From assembly GCA_029210625.1 (NCBI GenBank), contig JARGFU010000001.1, forward strand, positions 325,806 through 389,805: a stretch of 64,000 nucleotides of DNA, in the 5' to 3' direction. A program made the translations under genes and the position numbers. Origin of the DNA: Deltaproteobacteria bacterium. Its GTDB lineage: Bacteria; Myxococcota; Myxococcia; SLRQ01. This document shows, piece by piece, positions 35,935 to 45,681 of this stretch. How positions within the stretch are numbered: position 1 is the stretch's first letter; every line of letters starts with the position of its first letter. The notes under the pieces were generated by a model, which was not told the origin of the DNA, searched no databases, and saw only the letters and a list, made by a program, of their open reading frames with translations.

Positions 35935-37572
35935 CTACTCGGCATCCATGAAGGGGTACCCGGGCGCCACCGGCGGCACGAAGGTCTCCTTGATCGTCCG
36001 GGGCGAGACCCAGCGCAGGAGGTTCTGGGCCGAGCCGGCCTTGTCGTTGGTCCCCGAGGCCCGGCTGCCGCCGAAGGGCTGCTGCCCGACCACCGCGCCG
36101 GTGGGCTTGTCGTTGATGTAGAAGTTGCCGGCGGCGTGGCGCAGCATCCGCAGGGCGATCTCGATGGCGCCCCGGTCCCGGGAGAAGACGGCGCCGGTCA
36201 GGGCGTAGGGGGAGGTCGCGTCGCAGAGCGCCAGGGTCTCCTCGTAGGCGTCGTCGTCGTAGAGGTGCACGCCGACGATCGGCCCGAAGATCTCCTCGGC
36301 CATCAGCTTGTCCTGCGGATCCTCGACCAGGGCGATGGTGGGCTCGACGAAGTAGCCCACCGAGTCGTCGGCGTTGCCGCCGCAGACCACCTCGATGCCA
36401 CTCGAGCTGCGGGCGTGCTCCTGGTAGGCGGCGTTGCGGTCGAAGGCCGCCCGGCCGATCACCGCGCCCATGAAGTTCCGGAAGTCGGCGACGTCGCCCA
36501 TCTTCAGGCTGGCCACCATCTCGATCAGCCGCGCCTTCAGGGCGGGCCACATCGAGCGGGGGACGTAGCAGCGCGAGGCCGCCGAGCACTTCTGCCCCTG
36601 AAGCTCGAAGCCGCCCCGGACGATGGCGGTGGCCACGGCGTCGAGGTCGTCCTTCGCGGAGGGGTGGACGACGATGAAGTCCTTGCCGCCGCTCTCCCCG
36701 ACGATCCGCGGGTAGGCGCGGTAGCGATCGAGGCGCTCGCCGATCTTGCCGAAGAGGGCCTTGAGCACCGCGGTCGAGCCGGTGAAGTGCAGGCCCGCGA
36801 AGTCCGGGCTCTCGAGGGCCCGGTCCACCAGGGAGGCCGGGTCGCCGGTGACCAGGTTGATCACCCCGGGCGGCACGCCGGCGGCCTCGAAGAGGAGCAT
36901 CAGCTGGTAGGCGCTGTGCATCGCCAGCAGCGAGGGCTTCCAGACCACCGTGTTGCCCATCAGCGCCGGCGCGGCGCAGAGGTTCGCGGCGATGGAGGTG
37001 AAGTTGAAGGGGGTCACGGCCAGCACGAAGCCGTCGAGCGGGCGGTAGTCGACCTGATCCCAGAGGCCGCGCACCGAGCCGGGCTGGTCACCGTGGATCT
37101 GTTCGGCGTAGGCCGCGTTGAAGCGGAAGAAGTCGGCCAGCTCGCAGGCCGCGTCGATCTCGGCCTGGAAGGCGGTCTTCGACTGCCCGAGCATGGTCGA
37201 GGCGTTGATCCGCTGGCGCCAGGGGCCGGCCAGCAGGTCGGCGGCCTTCAGGAAGATCGCCGAGCGGGCCCGCAGGGGCATCGCCATCCACGCCTCCCGC
37301 GCGTCCTGCGCGGCGGCGATGGCCTGATCCATGTGCGAGGTTTCACCCCAGTGGTAGCGGCCGATGACGTGGGCGTGGCGGTGGGGCATCACCGCGTCGC
37401 GCTGCTCGCCGGTCGTCACCCGCTCGCCCCCGATCACCATCGGGATCTCGAGGACCTCGCCCGACTGCCGGGCGAGCTCGGCCTTGAGGGCCGCCCGCTC
37501 GGGGCTGCCCGGCGCGTAGGAGAGCACGGGCTCGTTCACGGGGTGGGGGACTTTCACGCGTGCGTCGATCAT
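35935..37572 (-). CDS. L-glutamate gamma-semialdehyde (delta-1-pyrroline-5-carboxylate) dehydrogenase, aldehyde dehydrogenase superfamily
   Basis: ALDH catalytic blocks (ESGGKDF, QKCSAASR). The C-terminus NLLRWVSPRTIKETF is typical of RocA/PruA-type P5CDH. Alternative start at 37608. Confidence 0.8.
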   Translation of the reverse strand: MIDARVKVPHPVNEPVLSYAPGSPERAALKAELARQSGEVLEIPMVIGGERVTTGEQRDAVMPHRHAHVIGRYHWGETSHMDQAIAAAQDAREAWMAMPLRARSAIFLKAADLLAGPWRQRINASTMLGQSKTAFQAEIDAACELADFFRFNAAYAEQIHGDQPGSVRGLWDQVDYRPLDGFVLAVTPFNFTSIAANLCAAPALMGNTVVWKPSLLAMHSAYQLMLLFEAAGVPPGVINLVTGDPASLVDRALESPDFAGLHFTGSTAVLKALFGKIGERLDRYRAYPRIVGESGGKDFIVVHPSAKDDLDAVATAIVRGGFELQGQKCSAASRCYVPRSMWPALKARLIEMVASLKMGDVADFRNFMGAVIGRAAFDRNAAYQEHARSSSGIEVVCGGNADDSVGYFVEPTIALVEDPQDKLMAEEIFGPIVGVHLYDDDAYEETLALCDATSPYALTGAVFSRDRGAIEIALRMLRHAAGNFYINDKPTGAVVGQQPFGGSRASGTNDKAGSAQNLLRWVSPRTIKETFVPPVAPGYPFMDAE

Positions 37573-37658
37573 GGCCGGGGAGTCTATCGCTTCGGGGGGA
37601 GCGATCAACGGGGGCCGAATTGACGCGGCCGGCGCCGATTTGTCAGGCTGGGGAGCGC

Positions 37659-38270
37659 GTGACCTTCCTCCTTCGTCTGGGTCTCCTGACCCTCCTCCTC
37701 GGCGCGGCCGGCTGCATCTCGCCGCCGACCTTCCAGGATCAGCCGGTGGACTGCAGCAGCGACGCGGACTGCGCCTGGATGGAGGGCGGGGCCACCTGCG
37801 CCTCCCTGGGCTTCTGCGTCCCCTCCTCCCCGGTCGAGGAGGATGGCGGCGGGGGCGGCGATGGAGGCCGGGACGGCGGCGCCGACGCCGACGGCGGGAG
37901 CGATCGGGATGGAGGCAGGAGCGACGGCGGCGCTCCGGACGGGGGCGGCGAGGACGCCGGCTGGACCTGCCCCGATCCCTGCGTCCCCCCCACCGTGGAG
38001 ATCCTCGAGCCGGCGCAGGACGCCGCGGTCTCCTCTCCCCTGGTCCTCTTCGTGAAGATCGTCGAGGGGTCCCTCCCGATCCAGGAGGTGAGCTGCAACC
38101 TGCCGACCTACACGGCCTGGGCCCTCGCCCTCCCCGACTCCGGGGGCTACGCCTGCACCCTCCCCCTCGACGAGGTCGCCATCGGCGCCGGCTTCAGCGT
38201 CGCCGTCAACGCCGTGGACGTGATGGGCCACCCCGGCACCACCATCGCCTGGTACACCCGCAAGGACTGA
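37659..38270 (+). CDS. Cys-containing lipoprotein with Gly/Asp-rich low-complexity segment
   Basis: GTG start with a GGGGAG RBS. Signal LGLLTLLLGAAGC. Confidence 0.55.
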   Translation: MTFLLRLGLLTLLLGAAGCISPPTFQDQPVDCSSDADCAWMEGGATCASLGFCVPSSPVEEDGGGGGDGGRDGGADADGGSDRDGGRSDGGAPDGGGEDAGWTCPDPCVPPTVEILEPAQDAAVSSPLVLFVKIVEGSLPIQEVSCNLPTYTAWALALPDSGGYACTLPLDEVAIGAGFSVAVNAVDVMGHPGTTIAWYTRKD

Positions 38271-38277
38271 AGAGCCC

Positions 38278-38306
38278 GCAGCTCATAGCTCGCAGCTCAC
38301 AGCTGC
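38278..38306. repeat. heptamer-repeat element (AGCTCAT AGCTCGC AGCTCAC AGCTGC)
   Basis: Intergenic. Same family as 20284 and 35897. Confidence 0.6.
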
Positions 38307-38318
38307 TATGCTCACCGG

Positions 38319-38777
38319 ATGAAGCGCCTCTCCCCGCTCCCACTGGCTCTCCTCCTCGCCCTGGCCAGCACCGCCTGCCTCGCCCCCCTGGAGCCCTGCA
38401 CCGAGTGCCCCGACGTCGCGGGCACCTACGAGTTCGTGGCGCAGGAGACCACCGTCGAGTCGGAGAACGGCAACCTCGCCCTCTGCAACGAGGTCTACTA
38501 CACGGGGGTCACCGACCTGGTGATCCTCCAGCAGAGCGGCTCGGCCCTCCAGCTCACCGGCTACCTCTCGATGGAGGGCACCCTCTACGAGGACGACACC
38601 CTCGCCTTCAACCGGGTGGACTTCGGCGAGACCCCGGTCGGCCCCGTCACCGCGCGCATCTCGGCCAACTTCGCCCCCGAGAACGGCCGCAAGATCATCA
38701 AGGGCCGCCTGCGCTTCGACATCCAGGAGCACGACTGCGACGTCTGGTCGGTCCTGACGATGACCGAGGTCCAGTAG
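38319..38777 (+). CDS. small lipoprotein, paralog A
   Basis: Signal ALLLALASTAC. Shares C..CTxCxxVAGxY and GTLYEDD motifs with the next gene. Confidence 0.65.
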   Translation: MKRLSPLPLALLLALASTACLAPLEPCTECPDVAGTYEFVAQETTVESENGNLALCNEVYYTGVTDLVILQQSGSALQLTGYLSMEGTLYEDDTLAFNRVDFGETPVGPVTARISANFAPENGRKIIKGRLRFDIQEHDCDVWSVLTMTEVQ

Positions 38778-38788
38778 CGAGCACCCCC

Positions 38789-39238
38789 GTGCGCGTCTCC
38801 CTCCTCCTCGCGCTGCTGCTCGCGCCGCTCCTCGCCGGCTGCCCGCCCATCCAGCCCTGCACCGATTGCCTGGAGGTGGCCGGGGAGTACCTCATCCGGG
38901 CCCAGCCCATCGACGGGCTCTCGGGGGGCGGACCGGACAACCCCTGCGGCGCCGTCGCCTTCCCCGGCGTGAACGATCGCCTGCTGATCACCCAGGCCGG
39001 CTCCCAGCTCACGGCCAGCGGCTGGATGGAGCTCGACGGCACCCTCTACGAGGACGACAGCCTGATCCTGGGACCCGAGCACTACCTCCAGACCGCCCAG
39101 GGCGAGGTGCTCCTCAGCCTCACCGGGCTCTTCGTCCCGGCCCGGGACGGCTGGGTGGTGCAGGGTCAGGTCGTCTTCGACATCCCGATGCAGGCCTGCA
39201 CCACCAGCACGCCGCTGGAGCTGGTCCAGCAGCCCTAG
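38789..39238 (+). CDS. small lipoprotein, paralog B (tandem duplicate of 38319-38777)
   Basis: GTG start 11 nt after the upstream stop. Signal LLLALLLAPLLAGC. Motifs are conserved with paralog A. Confidence 0.6.
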   Translation: MRVSLLLALLLAPLLAGCPPIQPCTDCLEVAGEYLIRAQPIDGLSGGGPDNPCGAVAFPGVNDRLLITQAGSQLTASGWMELDGTLYEDDSLILGPEHYLQTAQGEVLLSLTGLFVPARDGWVVQGQVVFDIPMQACTTSTPLELVQQP

Positions 39239-39273
39239 CGCGAGGCGGGTCGGCTGATCCATATTGCTCCGCT

Positions 39274-41256
39274 ATGGCCAACCGACGACCCACCGAGATC
39301 CAGCTCTCCGGCCGCATCCTCTACCTGACCGGCGATCCCTCGCTCGTCAGGCAGCAGCTCGAGTCCGGCGAAACCCTCCCCTGGGACCCCGCGCGGCCCC
39401 GGATGGACAACATCTCCACCGACGAGATCACCCCGGGGTGGGTCTGCTTCTACTACGACGAGACCCTGGGCGAGTACGTCTACGTGGGGATGCGCGAGAA
39501 GGCGGTCCAGAAGGATCAGGTGAAGTCCTTCGGCGCCGACGTCGTCGTCTCCGGCCTCTCCAAGGGCTGCGGCTCCTCCCGCGAGACCGCCCCCTACGCC
39601 GAGGTCTGGGCAGGCGTAAAGCTGGTGATCGCCGAGACCATCGAGAAGATCTACGGGCAGAACTCGGTGAACGTCGGCCTGCTCACCAGCACCGACTTCG
39701 GGCTCGTCCCCCGCATCCTCGCCGGCGAGAAGATCCCGCTCTCCGAGTTCACCAGGGGGATGGATCCGATCTCGACGGCCATCGTCGAGCACGGCGGCCT
39801 CTTCCCCTACAACGAGGCGCGCCTCGCCGGTGAGATCGCCCCGCCGAAGATCGAGACCGCCGCCCGGCCGATGACGATGGTCGAGAAGATCGTCGCCCGG
39901 CACGCCATCGCCGACGCCAAGACCGGCGCGCTCGGCATCCCCGCGGTGAAGCCCGGTGACGCCCTCTTCGTGCGCACCGACGTGCGCTTCTCCCACGAGT
40001 ACGTCACCCCGATGGCGGCCTCCCTCTTCCTGCAGTCCCTCGGCGAGGACGCGAGGGTCAGCGAGCCCGAGAGCGTCTTCGCCTTCCGGGATCACCTCAC
40101 CTTCCTGGGCCAGGTCATGCCCGAGGAGCAGCGGAAGATGGGCCTGCTCGAGCGGGCCGACGGCCTGGCGACGACCCAGCAGGGCTTCGCCGAGAAGCAG
40201 GGCATCAAGCTCTACGGTGAGGTGGAGGGCGGCGGCTCCGAGGCGATCTGCCACAACGCGATCCTCGAGGACATCGGCCTGCCCGGGCAGATCATCCTGG
40301 GCACCGACTCCCACACCTGCACCGCCGGCGCGTTCGGCGCCTTCGCGTTCGGGGTCGGGAGCACCGACATGGCCAACGCCTGGTACACCCGCGACGTCCG
40401 GGTGAAGGTGCCCGAGACCATCAAGGTGCACCTGAAGGGCCAGCGGAGGAAGGGCGTCACCGCCAAGGACGTGATCCTCCTGGTGATGGCCCAGGACTAC
40501 ATCAAGAGCGGCAAGGGCATCGGCCAGGTGCTCGAGTTCTGCGGCCCCGGCCTCGCCGACCTCGGCATGGACGAGCGCGCCACCCTCACCAACATGGCCG
40601 TGGAGGCCGGCGGGTTCACCGGCATCTGCGAGGCCGACGAGAAGACCCTGGAGTGGCTGCAGTGGATCCGCCCGGGCGTCGACCTCGAGGCCGCCCGCGC
40701 CGGCATCGTCGCCTCCGACGAGGACGCCTCCTACGTGCACACCGTCGAGTTGGACCTCGGCGACATCGAGCCGATGGTCGCCACCCCCGGCGATCCCCGC
40801 AACGGCATCCCGCTCTCCACCCTCGACGCCGTCGAGGGCGGCCCGGTGAAGATCGACATCGCCTACGGCGGCTCCTGCACCGGCGGGAAGATGGAGGACA
40901 TGGACCTCTACGCCTCGGTGCTCAAGGCCGCCCTGGCCGAAGGGAAGAAGGTCGCCGAGGGCGTGGACCTCTTCATCCAGTTCGGCTCCCAGAAGATCCG
41001 CAAGTACGCCGAGGAGAAGGGCTACATCGAGGTCTTCGAGGAGGCCGGCGCGCAGCTGATCAACCCCAGCTGCGGCGCCTGCATCCGGGCGGGCCCGGGC
41101 GTCTCCTACAGCGAGGAGACGGTGAGCGTCTCGGCGATCAACCGGAACTTCCCGGGCCGCAGCGGCCCCGGCAAGGTCTACCTGGCCTCGCCGCTCGTCG
41201 TCGCCGCCAGCGCCATCGCCGGCCACATCGTCTCTCCCGACGCACTCCTGGCCTAG
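39274..41256 (+). CDS. aconitase-superfamily hydro-lyase, fused swivel (LeuD-like) + catalytic (LeuC-like) domains
   Basis: N-terminal DNISTDEITPG swivel motif, then MTMVEKIVARHA..., GTDSHTCTAGAFGAFAFGVGSTD and CGACIRAGPG, consistent with Fe-S cluster ligands. Confidence 0.8.
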   Translation: MANRRPTEIQLSGRILYLTGDPSLVRQQLESGETLPWDPARPRMDNISTDEITPGWVCFYYDETLGEYVYVGMREKAVQKDQVKSFGADVVVSGLSKGCGSSRETAPYAEVWAGVKLVIAETIEKIYGQNSVNVGLLTSTDFGLVPRILAGEKIPLSEFTRGMDPISTAIVEHGGLFPYNEARLAGEIAPPKIETAARPMTMVEKIVARHAIADAKTGALGIPAVKPGDALFVRTDVRFSHEYVTPMAASLFLQSLGEDARVSEPESVFAFRDHLTFLGQVMPEEQRKMGLLERADGLATTQQGFAEKQGIKLYGEVEGGGSEAICHNAILEDIGLPGQIILGTDSHTCTAGAFGAFAFGVGSTDMANAWYTRDVRVKVPETIKVHLKGQRRKGVTAKDVILLVMAQDYIKSGKGIGQVLEFCGPGLADLGMDERATLTNMAVEAGGFTGICEADEKTLEWLQWIRPGVDLEAARAGIVASDEDASYVHTVELDLGDIEPMVATPGDPRNGIPLSTLDAVEGGPVKIDIAYGGSCTGGKMEDMDLYASVLKAALAEGKKVAEGVDLFIQFGSQKIRKYAEEKGYIEVFEEAGAQLINPSCGACIRAGPGVSYSEETVSVSAINRNFPGRSGPGKVYLASPLVVAASAIAGHIVSPDALLA

Positions 41257-41319
41257 CTCCACCGCAGCTCCTCGGGGCACCTCGCTGGCCCGTCGCCACG
41301 GCGAGGAGTAGATTGGCCC

Positions 41320-43212
41320 TTGTTGAGCGCGCCGGGAAAAAGACGGCTGGTCTTCGTCCAGTTCTCGCCTACCACCGAGGGGAGCCGGCGCTCGCCGCTC
41401 TTCTTCTCCACGGCGATCTACCAGCTCAAGGCCTACCTGGAGAGCGATCCGGTCCTGAAGGAGCGCTACGAGCTGGAGATCCGCCTCATCGAGGAGCCGG
41501 GGCAGAGCCGCTTCAAGGACTGCGACGCCTACTACATCGACACCCTGCGCACGCTGCTGGCCGGGGACCCCGACGTGCTGGCCTTCAGCCTCTACGTCTG
41601 GAACCTCGACAGCGCCCTGAACCTCGCCCGGGCGCTGCGGCCCATGCGCCCGGACCGCCTCCTCCTCGCCGGGGGTCCCGAGATCTACGAGCGGCCCCGC
41701 TTCGTCGAGAGCTACCCGGAGTTCGACCTGCTCCTCGAGGGTGACGGCGAGCTCCCCCTGCAGCGCACCCTCCACGCCCTCCTCGAGCGCGAGCCCCCCC
41801 TCGAGGGCATCGAGGGCCTCTCCTTCCGGGACGCGAGGGGCGAGTGGGTCCACAACCGCTCCAACCTCCAGACCCTCGACCTCGACGAGATCCCCAACTT
41901 CTACGCCGAGCACCCCGAGCAGCTCTACGGTCAGGCCAACTACATGACCACCCGGGGCTGCTCCTTCGCCTGCACCTACTGCCTCTGGGCCAAGCAGCGC
42001 TTCCGCGCCCGCTCTCCGGCGACGATCCTCGCCGAGCTGGAGACCATCCTCTCGGCCGAGGCCGTCGACAGCCTCTCGATCTGGGACTACGACCTCCTCG
42101 AGGTCTTCGAGAACGAGCCGGAGCTGGGCACCACCTTCATCGAGTTCTTCGAGCGGCACCGCCGCGCCCCCCTCCACTTCTTCTCCACCGCGGAGCACCT
42201 GGCCGCGGCGCCGGTCGAGCTCCTCACCGAGCGCCTCAACGTCGGCCGGATCAGCGTCGGCGTGCAGTCGTGCAACCCCGAGACCCTCCTGGCGGTGAAC
42301 CGGCCCTGGGCGGCCGATCCCCTGGAGCACCTGGCCCGGGTGGACGACCACCTCCGGACGCTGATCTCGATCCAGCTCGTCTACCCGATGCCGGCGGAGA
42401 CCCCGGAGACCTTCCTCGAGCTGGTGCGCTCCCTGACCCGCCTGGGCTACTTCCGGATCCAGATCTTCCCGCTGATGGTCCTGCGGGGGACCTCGATGTC
42501 GAAGCACGCCGACCGCTGGGGTCTCGAGCACCTCTCCGCCCCGCCCTACTACTGCTACCGGACCCCCAGCGCGGCGCCGGACTCGGTGTGGACGGTCACC
42601 GGGCTCGCCCGGGTCCTCGAGATCATCGAGACCCGCTCCGCTCCCCTCGACCCCGGCGAGCGGCTCCTGCGCTGGTACCGCGCCCACCCGGGGCTGGTGG
42701 ACGACTTCATCGCCCGCATCGCCGCCGGGGACGAACCCGAGGCGATCGCCCTCGACACCCTGCGCGAGGCCCTCCCCGAGCTGGCCCCCTCCGAGCCGGT
42801 GCCCGAGTACGAGCCGGAGCCGGAGCCTGAACCCGAACCCGAACCCGAGCCGGAGCCCGAACCGGAGCCCGAGCCGGAGCCGGAGCTCGAGTCCCCGGAC
42901 ACGGGCCGACCTCCCCCGGTGGACTGGAACGACATCGGGGACGAGGTCATGCGCCTGCTGGCCGAGACCTGGCCGCCGGGGGTCGAGGTGAGCTTCGGCG
43001 AGGAGCACATCGCGCTGACCCTCTATCCCGAGCGCGGCCCGGCCCAGCTCGTCCTGCGCCGCTCGGCCTCGGGCGAGCCCTACTACCGCGCCACCTCCCG
43101 CTACGAGCTCTCCTACGGCGGCGCCTTCCCGGACCTCGGGATCGTCGACCGGATCGCCGAGCTCCTCGAGGGCATCGCGCCCCCCCGGCAGGGCGAAGAG
43201 GAGGGAGCGTGA
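41320..43212 (+). CDS. B12-binding-domain radical SAM enzyme (class B-like) with C-terminal (EP)n low-complexity tail
   Basis: N-terminal cobalamin-binding-like domain. TTRGCSFACTYCLW is a CxxxCxxC motif. TTG start with a GAGGAG RBS. Confidence 0.8.
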   Translation: MLSAPGKRRLVFVQFSPTTEGSRRSPLFFSTAIYQLKAYLESDPVLKERYELEIRLIEEPGQSRFKDCDAYYIDTLRTLLAGDPDVLAFSLYVWNLDSALNLARALRPMRPDRLLLAGGPEIYERPRFVESYPEFDLLLEGDGELPLQRTLHALLEREPPLEGIEGLSFRDARGEWVHNRSNLQTLDLDEIPNFYAEHPEQLYGQANYMTTRGCSFACTYCLWAKQRFRARSPATILAELETILSAEAVDSLSIWDYDLLEVFENEPELGTTFIEFFERHRRAPLHFFSTAEHLAAAPVELLTERLNVGRISVGVQSCNPETLLAVNRPWAADPLEHLARVDDHLRTLISIQLVYPMPAETPETFLELVRSLTRLGYFRIQIFPLMVLRGTSMSKHADRWGLEHLSAPPYYCYRTPSAAPDSVWTVTGLARVLEIIETRSAPLDPGERLLRWYRAHPGLVDDFIARIAAGDEPEAIALDTLREALPELAPSEPVPEYEPEPEPEPEPEPEPEPEPEPEPEPELESPDTGRPPPVDWNDIGDEVMRLLAETWPPGVEVSFGEEHIALTLYPERGPAQLVLRRSASGEPYYRATSRYELSYGGAFPDLGIVDRIAELLEGIAPPRQGEEEGA

Positions 43213-44196
43213 GCGGCCCCCGCCTCCATGTGCCCCTCAAGGCCGTGGACGAGGTCGGCCCCCTGGTCGAGGCCGGCGCCGGCTCCTTCTACGCCGGCCT
43301 CATCCTGCCTCGCCCCGGGGGGGGAGGACGCCGCGGCGGATCCCGCGAGCTGCCTGGTCAGCCGGCGTGCCCACCCCAGCAACAACTTCCAGCGGGTGGA
43401 GGACTTCCTCGAGGCCCAGCGCCAGCTCCACGCCGCGGGCAGATCCCTCTTCCTCACCCTCAACGAGCACAGCAACCCGCCGGAGGTGGTGGACCGCATC
43501 GAGGCCCTCCTCCAGCAGCTGGTCTCGAGCCCGGGGCTCACCGGCGTCATCGTCGCCGACCTCGGCCTCGCCCGCTTCCTCTCGGAGCGCTTCCCCGAGC
43601 TGATCCTGGTGGCCAGCACCGGCCTCGCCCTCTCCAACAGCGGCGCGGTGGAGCTGGTGCGCCGCCTCGGCATCCGGCGGGTGGTCTTCCCGCGGATGCT
43701 CCACCTGGAGGAGATGGCCGCCCTGGTCGAGCGCTGCCCCGAGGTCGAATTCGAGACCTTCGTGATGAACGACCGCTGCCCGAACGTCGACGGGCTCTGC
43801 AACTTCGTCCACTGGGAGGTCGGTGAGACCCACTTCCCCAACCAGTGCCGCTTCGTCCGCCTCGACGGCGCCACGGGTCCCGACCAGCGCCCCGGCAACT
43901 TCAACCTCTCCCTCCGCTTCCGGGAGGACGCCTGCGGCGCCTGCTCCCTCCACGCCCTGCGAGAGGCCGGCGTGCAGCACCTGAAGATCGTCGGCCGGGA
44001 TCGGGGGCTCGAGAACAAGCGGCAGGCGGTGAGCTTCCTGGCCGGGCTCCTCGAGCGGCTGGCGGCCGGCCCCCTCCCCGCCGGCGAGTTCCACGCGCTC
44101 GCCCGCGAGCGCTACGCCGAGACCTTCGGCCGGGCCTGCACCCCCGACCAGTGCTACCTTCCCGGCGAGGGTGAGGCCAAGGAGCCCGCGGCCTGA
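43209..44196 (+). CDS. U32-family (collagenase-like; UbiU/RlhA/TrhP-type) protein, frameshifted at a G8 tract
   Basis: The N-terminus MSGPRLHVPLKAVDEVGPLVEAGAGSFYAGL is in frame 0. From 43325 on, homology continues in frame +1 (RAHPSNNFQRVEDF...IVADLGLARF...FVMNDRCPNVDGLCNFVHW). GTG start overlaps the upstream stop (GTGA). Confidence 0.65.
43317..43324 (+). repeat. G8 homopolymer at the U32 frameshift site
   Basis: cgccccGGGGGGGGagg. Deleting one G restores a continuous U32 reading frame. Confidence 0.7.
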
Positions 44197-44241
44197 TCGG
44201 ACCCCTCGAGGGCCGCTCACCCCGGAAGCGACGGTAGCTCG

Positions 44242-45681
44242 ATGGAACAGGCCCTCTTCGTCTCCTGCCTGGACGATCTGCGACACGCCCACACGCGGCG
44301 CTACGATCGGATCTACTTCGGGGTCGAGGTCTGCCACTGGCTGATGCCGAGCCCCCTCCAGCTGCGCTCGGCCCTCGACTTCGCGAAGCTGCAGGGCCTG
44401 CCGCTCACCCTCGTCACGCCCGTCCTCCCCGAGGTGGGCCTCGAGCGCGTCCGCCCCCTCCTCGCGCTCCTCCCGCCGGGCAGCGAGGTCGTGGTGAACG
44501 ACCTGGGGCTGATCCCCGACGTGAGCGAGGCCGGTCACCACCCCCTCCTGGGGAGGATCCTGCTCAAGGTGAAGCGCGACCCCCGGATCGGCGCCGAGGA
44601 TCTGGAGCACCCGGGCCTGGCCGCGCACCTGCGCGCGTCGAACGTGACCAACCACGCCTTCCAGGCGCTGCTGCGCTCCCTGGGCATCCAGCGCATCGAG
44701 CTGGACAACGTGCAGCAGGGCTACGACCTCGACCTGCCCGACGATCTGCGCACCTCGCTCTATCGCCCCTACGTCTCGGCCGCCGTCACCCGCCGCTGCG
44801 GCCTGAACTTCAGCGAGGGGAACACCGATCTCCTCTGGCGGGACGGGAGCTGCCGGGAGCACTGCCAGGAGACCCAGCTGGAGGTGAGCACCCTCAAGCA
44901 GGTGGGCTCGACGAAGGTCTGGGCCTCCTACCAGGCGCGAGGGGCCAGCCTCTTCTACGCCAACCACGCCGAGCCGGAGGACACCGAGGGCTGGAACCTC
45001 GACCGGGAGGTCCACCTCCCCCGCCCGCCGGTCTTCGCCTCCCTGCCGCCGGACGAGGCCGAGCCCGCCTGGGACAGCGCCTACCGCGAGCAGGGCCTCG
45101 AGGTCGCCTGGAACCACGCCGAGGCCGACCCCCTCCTGCTCGAGCTCGCCGGCCGGGAGCCTCCCCTCGAGGGGGCGAACGCCCGGGCGGTGGAGCTCGG
45201 CTGCGGCACCGGCCGCAACGCCGCCGCCCTGCAGGACCTGGGCTTCGAGGTGCTGGGGATCGAGCGCTCGCCGGCGGCCCTGGCCCTGCTCCGCGAGCAC
45301 CACCCGGCGGTGCAGGCGGTGCTCGGGGACGTGCTCGAGTTCCCCCTGGCCGACGACGCCCACGCGCTGGTGGCCGACTACGGCTGCCTCCATGCCCTCG
45401 CCCCCTCCCGCTGGGGGCGCTACGCCGAGCGGGTGAAGGCCACCCTCGCCCCGGGGGGCCGCCTCCTCCTCTTCGCCCGCCGGCTCCCCGAGGGTCACGC
45501 CCCCGAGGCCCCCGTCTTCGTCGTACCGGGCGGCCTCCCCGAGTGGGGCCTCTCGGAGGCCCACGCCCGTGAGCTCTTCGGGCCCTCCCTCTCCCTGGAG
45601 GAGGTGGTCCCCTACGAGGGCGCCGCCCACGCCTCCGGCGTCGAGCAGTTCAACTACTTCCTCTTCCGGAGGATCGCGTGA
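44242..45681 (+). CDS. fusion protein: U32-family (UbiV-like) domain + class I SAM-dependent methyltransferase domain
   Basis: N-terminal DRIYFGVEVCHWLM...VVVNDLGLI is U32-like. C-terminal VELGCGTGRNAAAL...PGGRLLLF is an MTase motif I / post-I pattern. Confidence 0.75.
   Translation: MEQALFVSCLDDLRHAHTRRYDRIYFGVEVCHWLMPSPLQLRSALDFAKLQGLPLTLVTPVLPEVGLERVRPLLALLPPGSEVVVNDLGLIPDVSEAGHHPLLGRILLKVKRDPRIGAEDLEHPGLAAHLRASNVTNHAFQALLRSLGIQRIELDNVQQGYDLDLPDDLRTSLYRPYVSAAVTRRCGLNFSEGNTDLLWRDGSCREHCQETQLEVSTLKQVGSTKVWASYQARGASLFYANHAEPEDTEGWNLDREVHLPRPPVFASLPPDEAEPAWDSAYREQGLEVAWNHAEADPLLLELAGREPPLEGANARAVELGCGTGRNAAALQDLGFEVLGIERSPAALALLREHHPAVQAVLGDVLEFPLADDAHALVADYGCLHALAPSRWGRYAERVKATLAPGGRLLLFARRLPEGHAPEAPVFVVPGGLPEWGLSEAHARELFGPSLSLEEVVPYEGAAHASGVEQFNYFLFRRIA

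Noticed and set aside
42780-42900. (GAGCCG)n repeat encoding EPEPEP... in the B12-rSAM gene
   Set aside because: In-frame low-complexity linker within a well-supported CDS. Not an independent feature.
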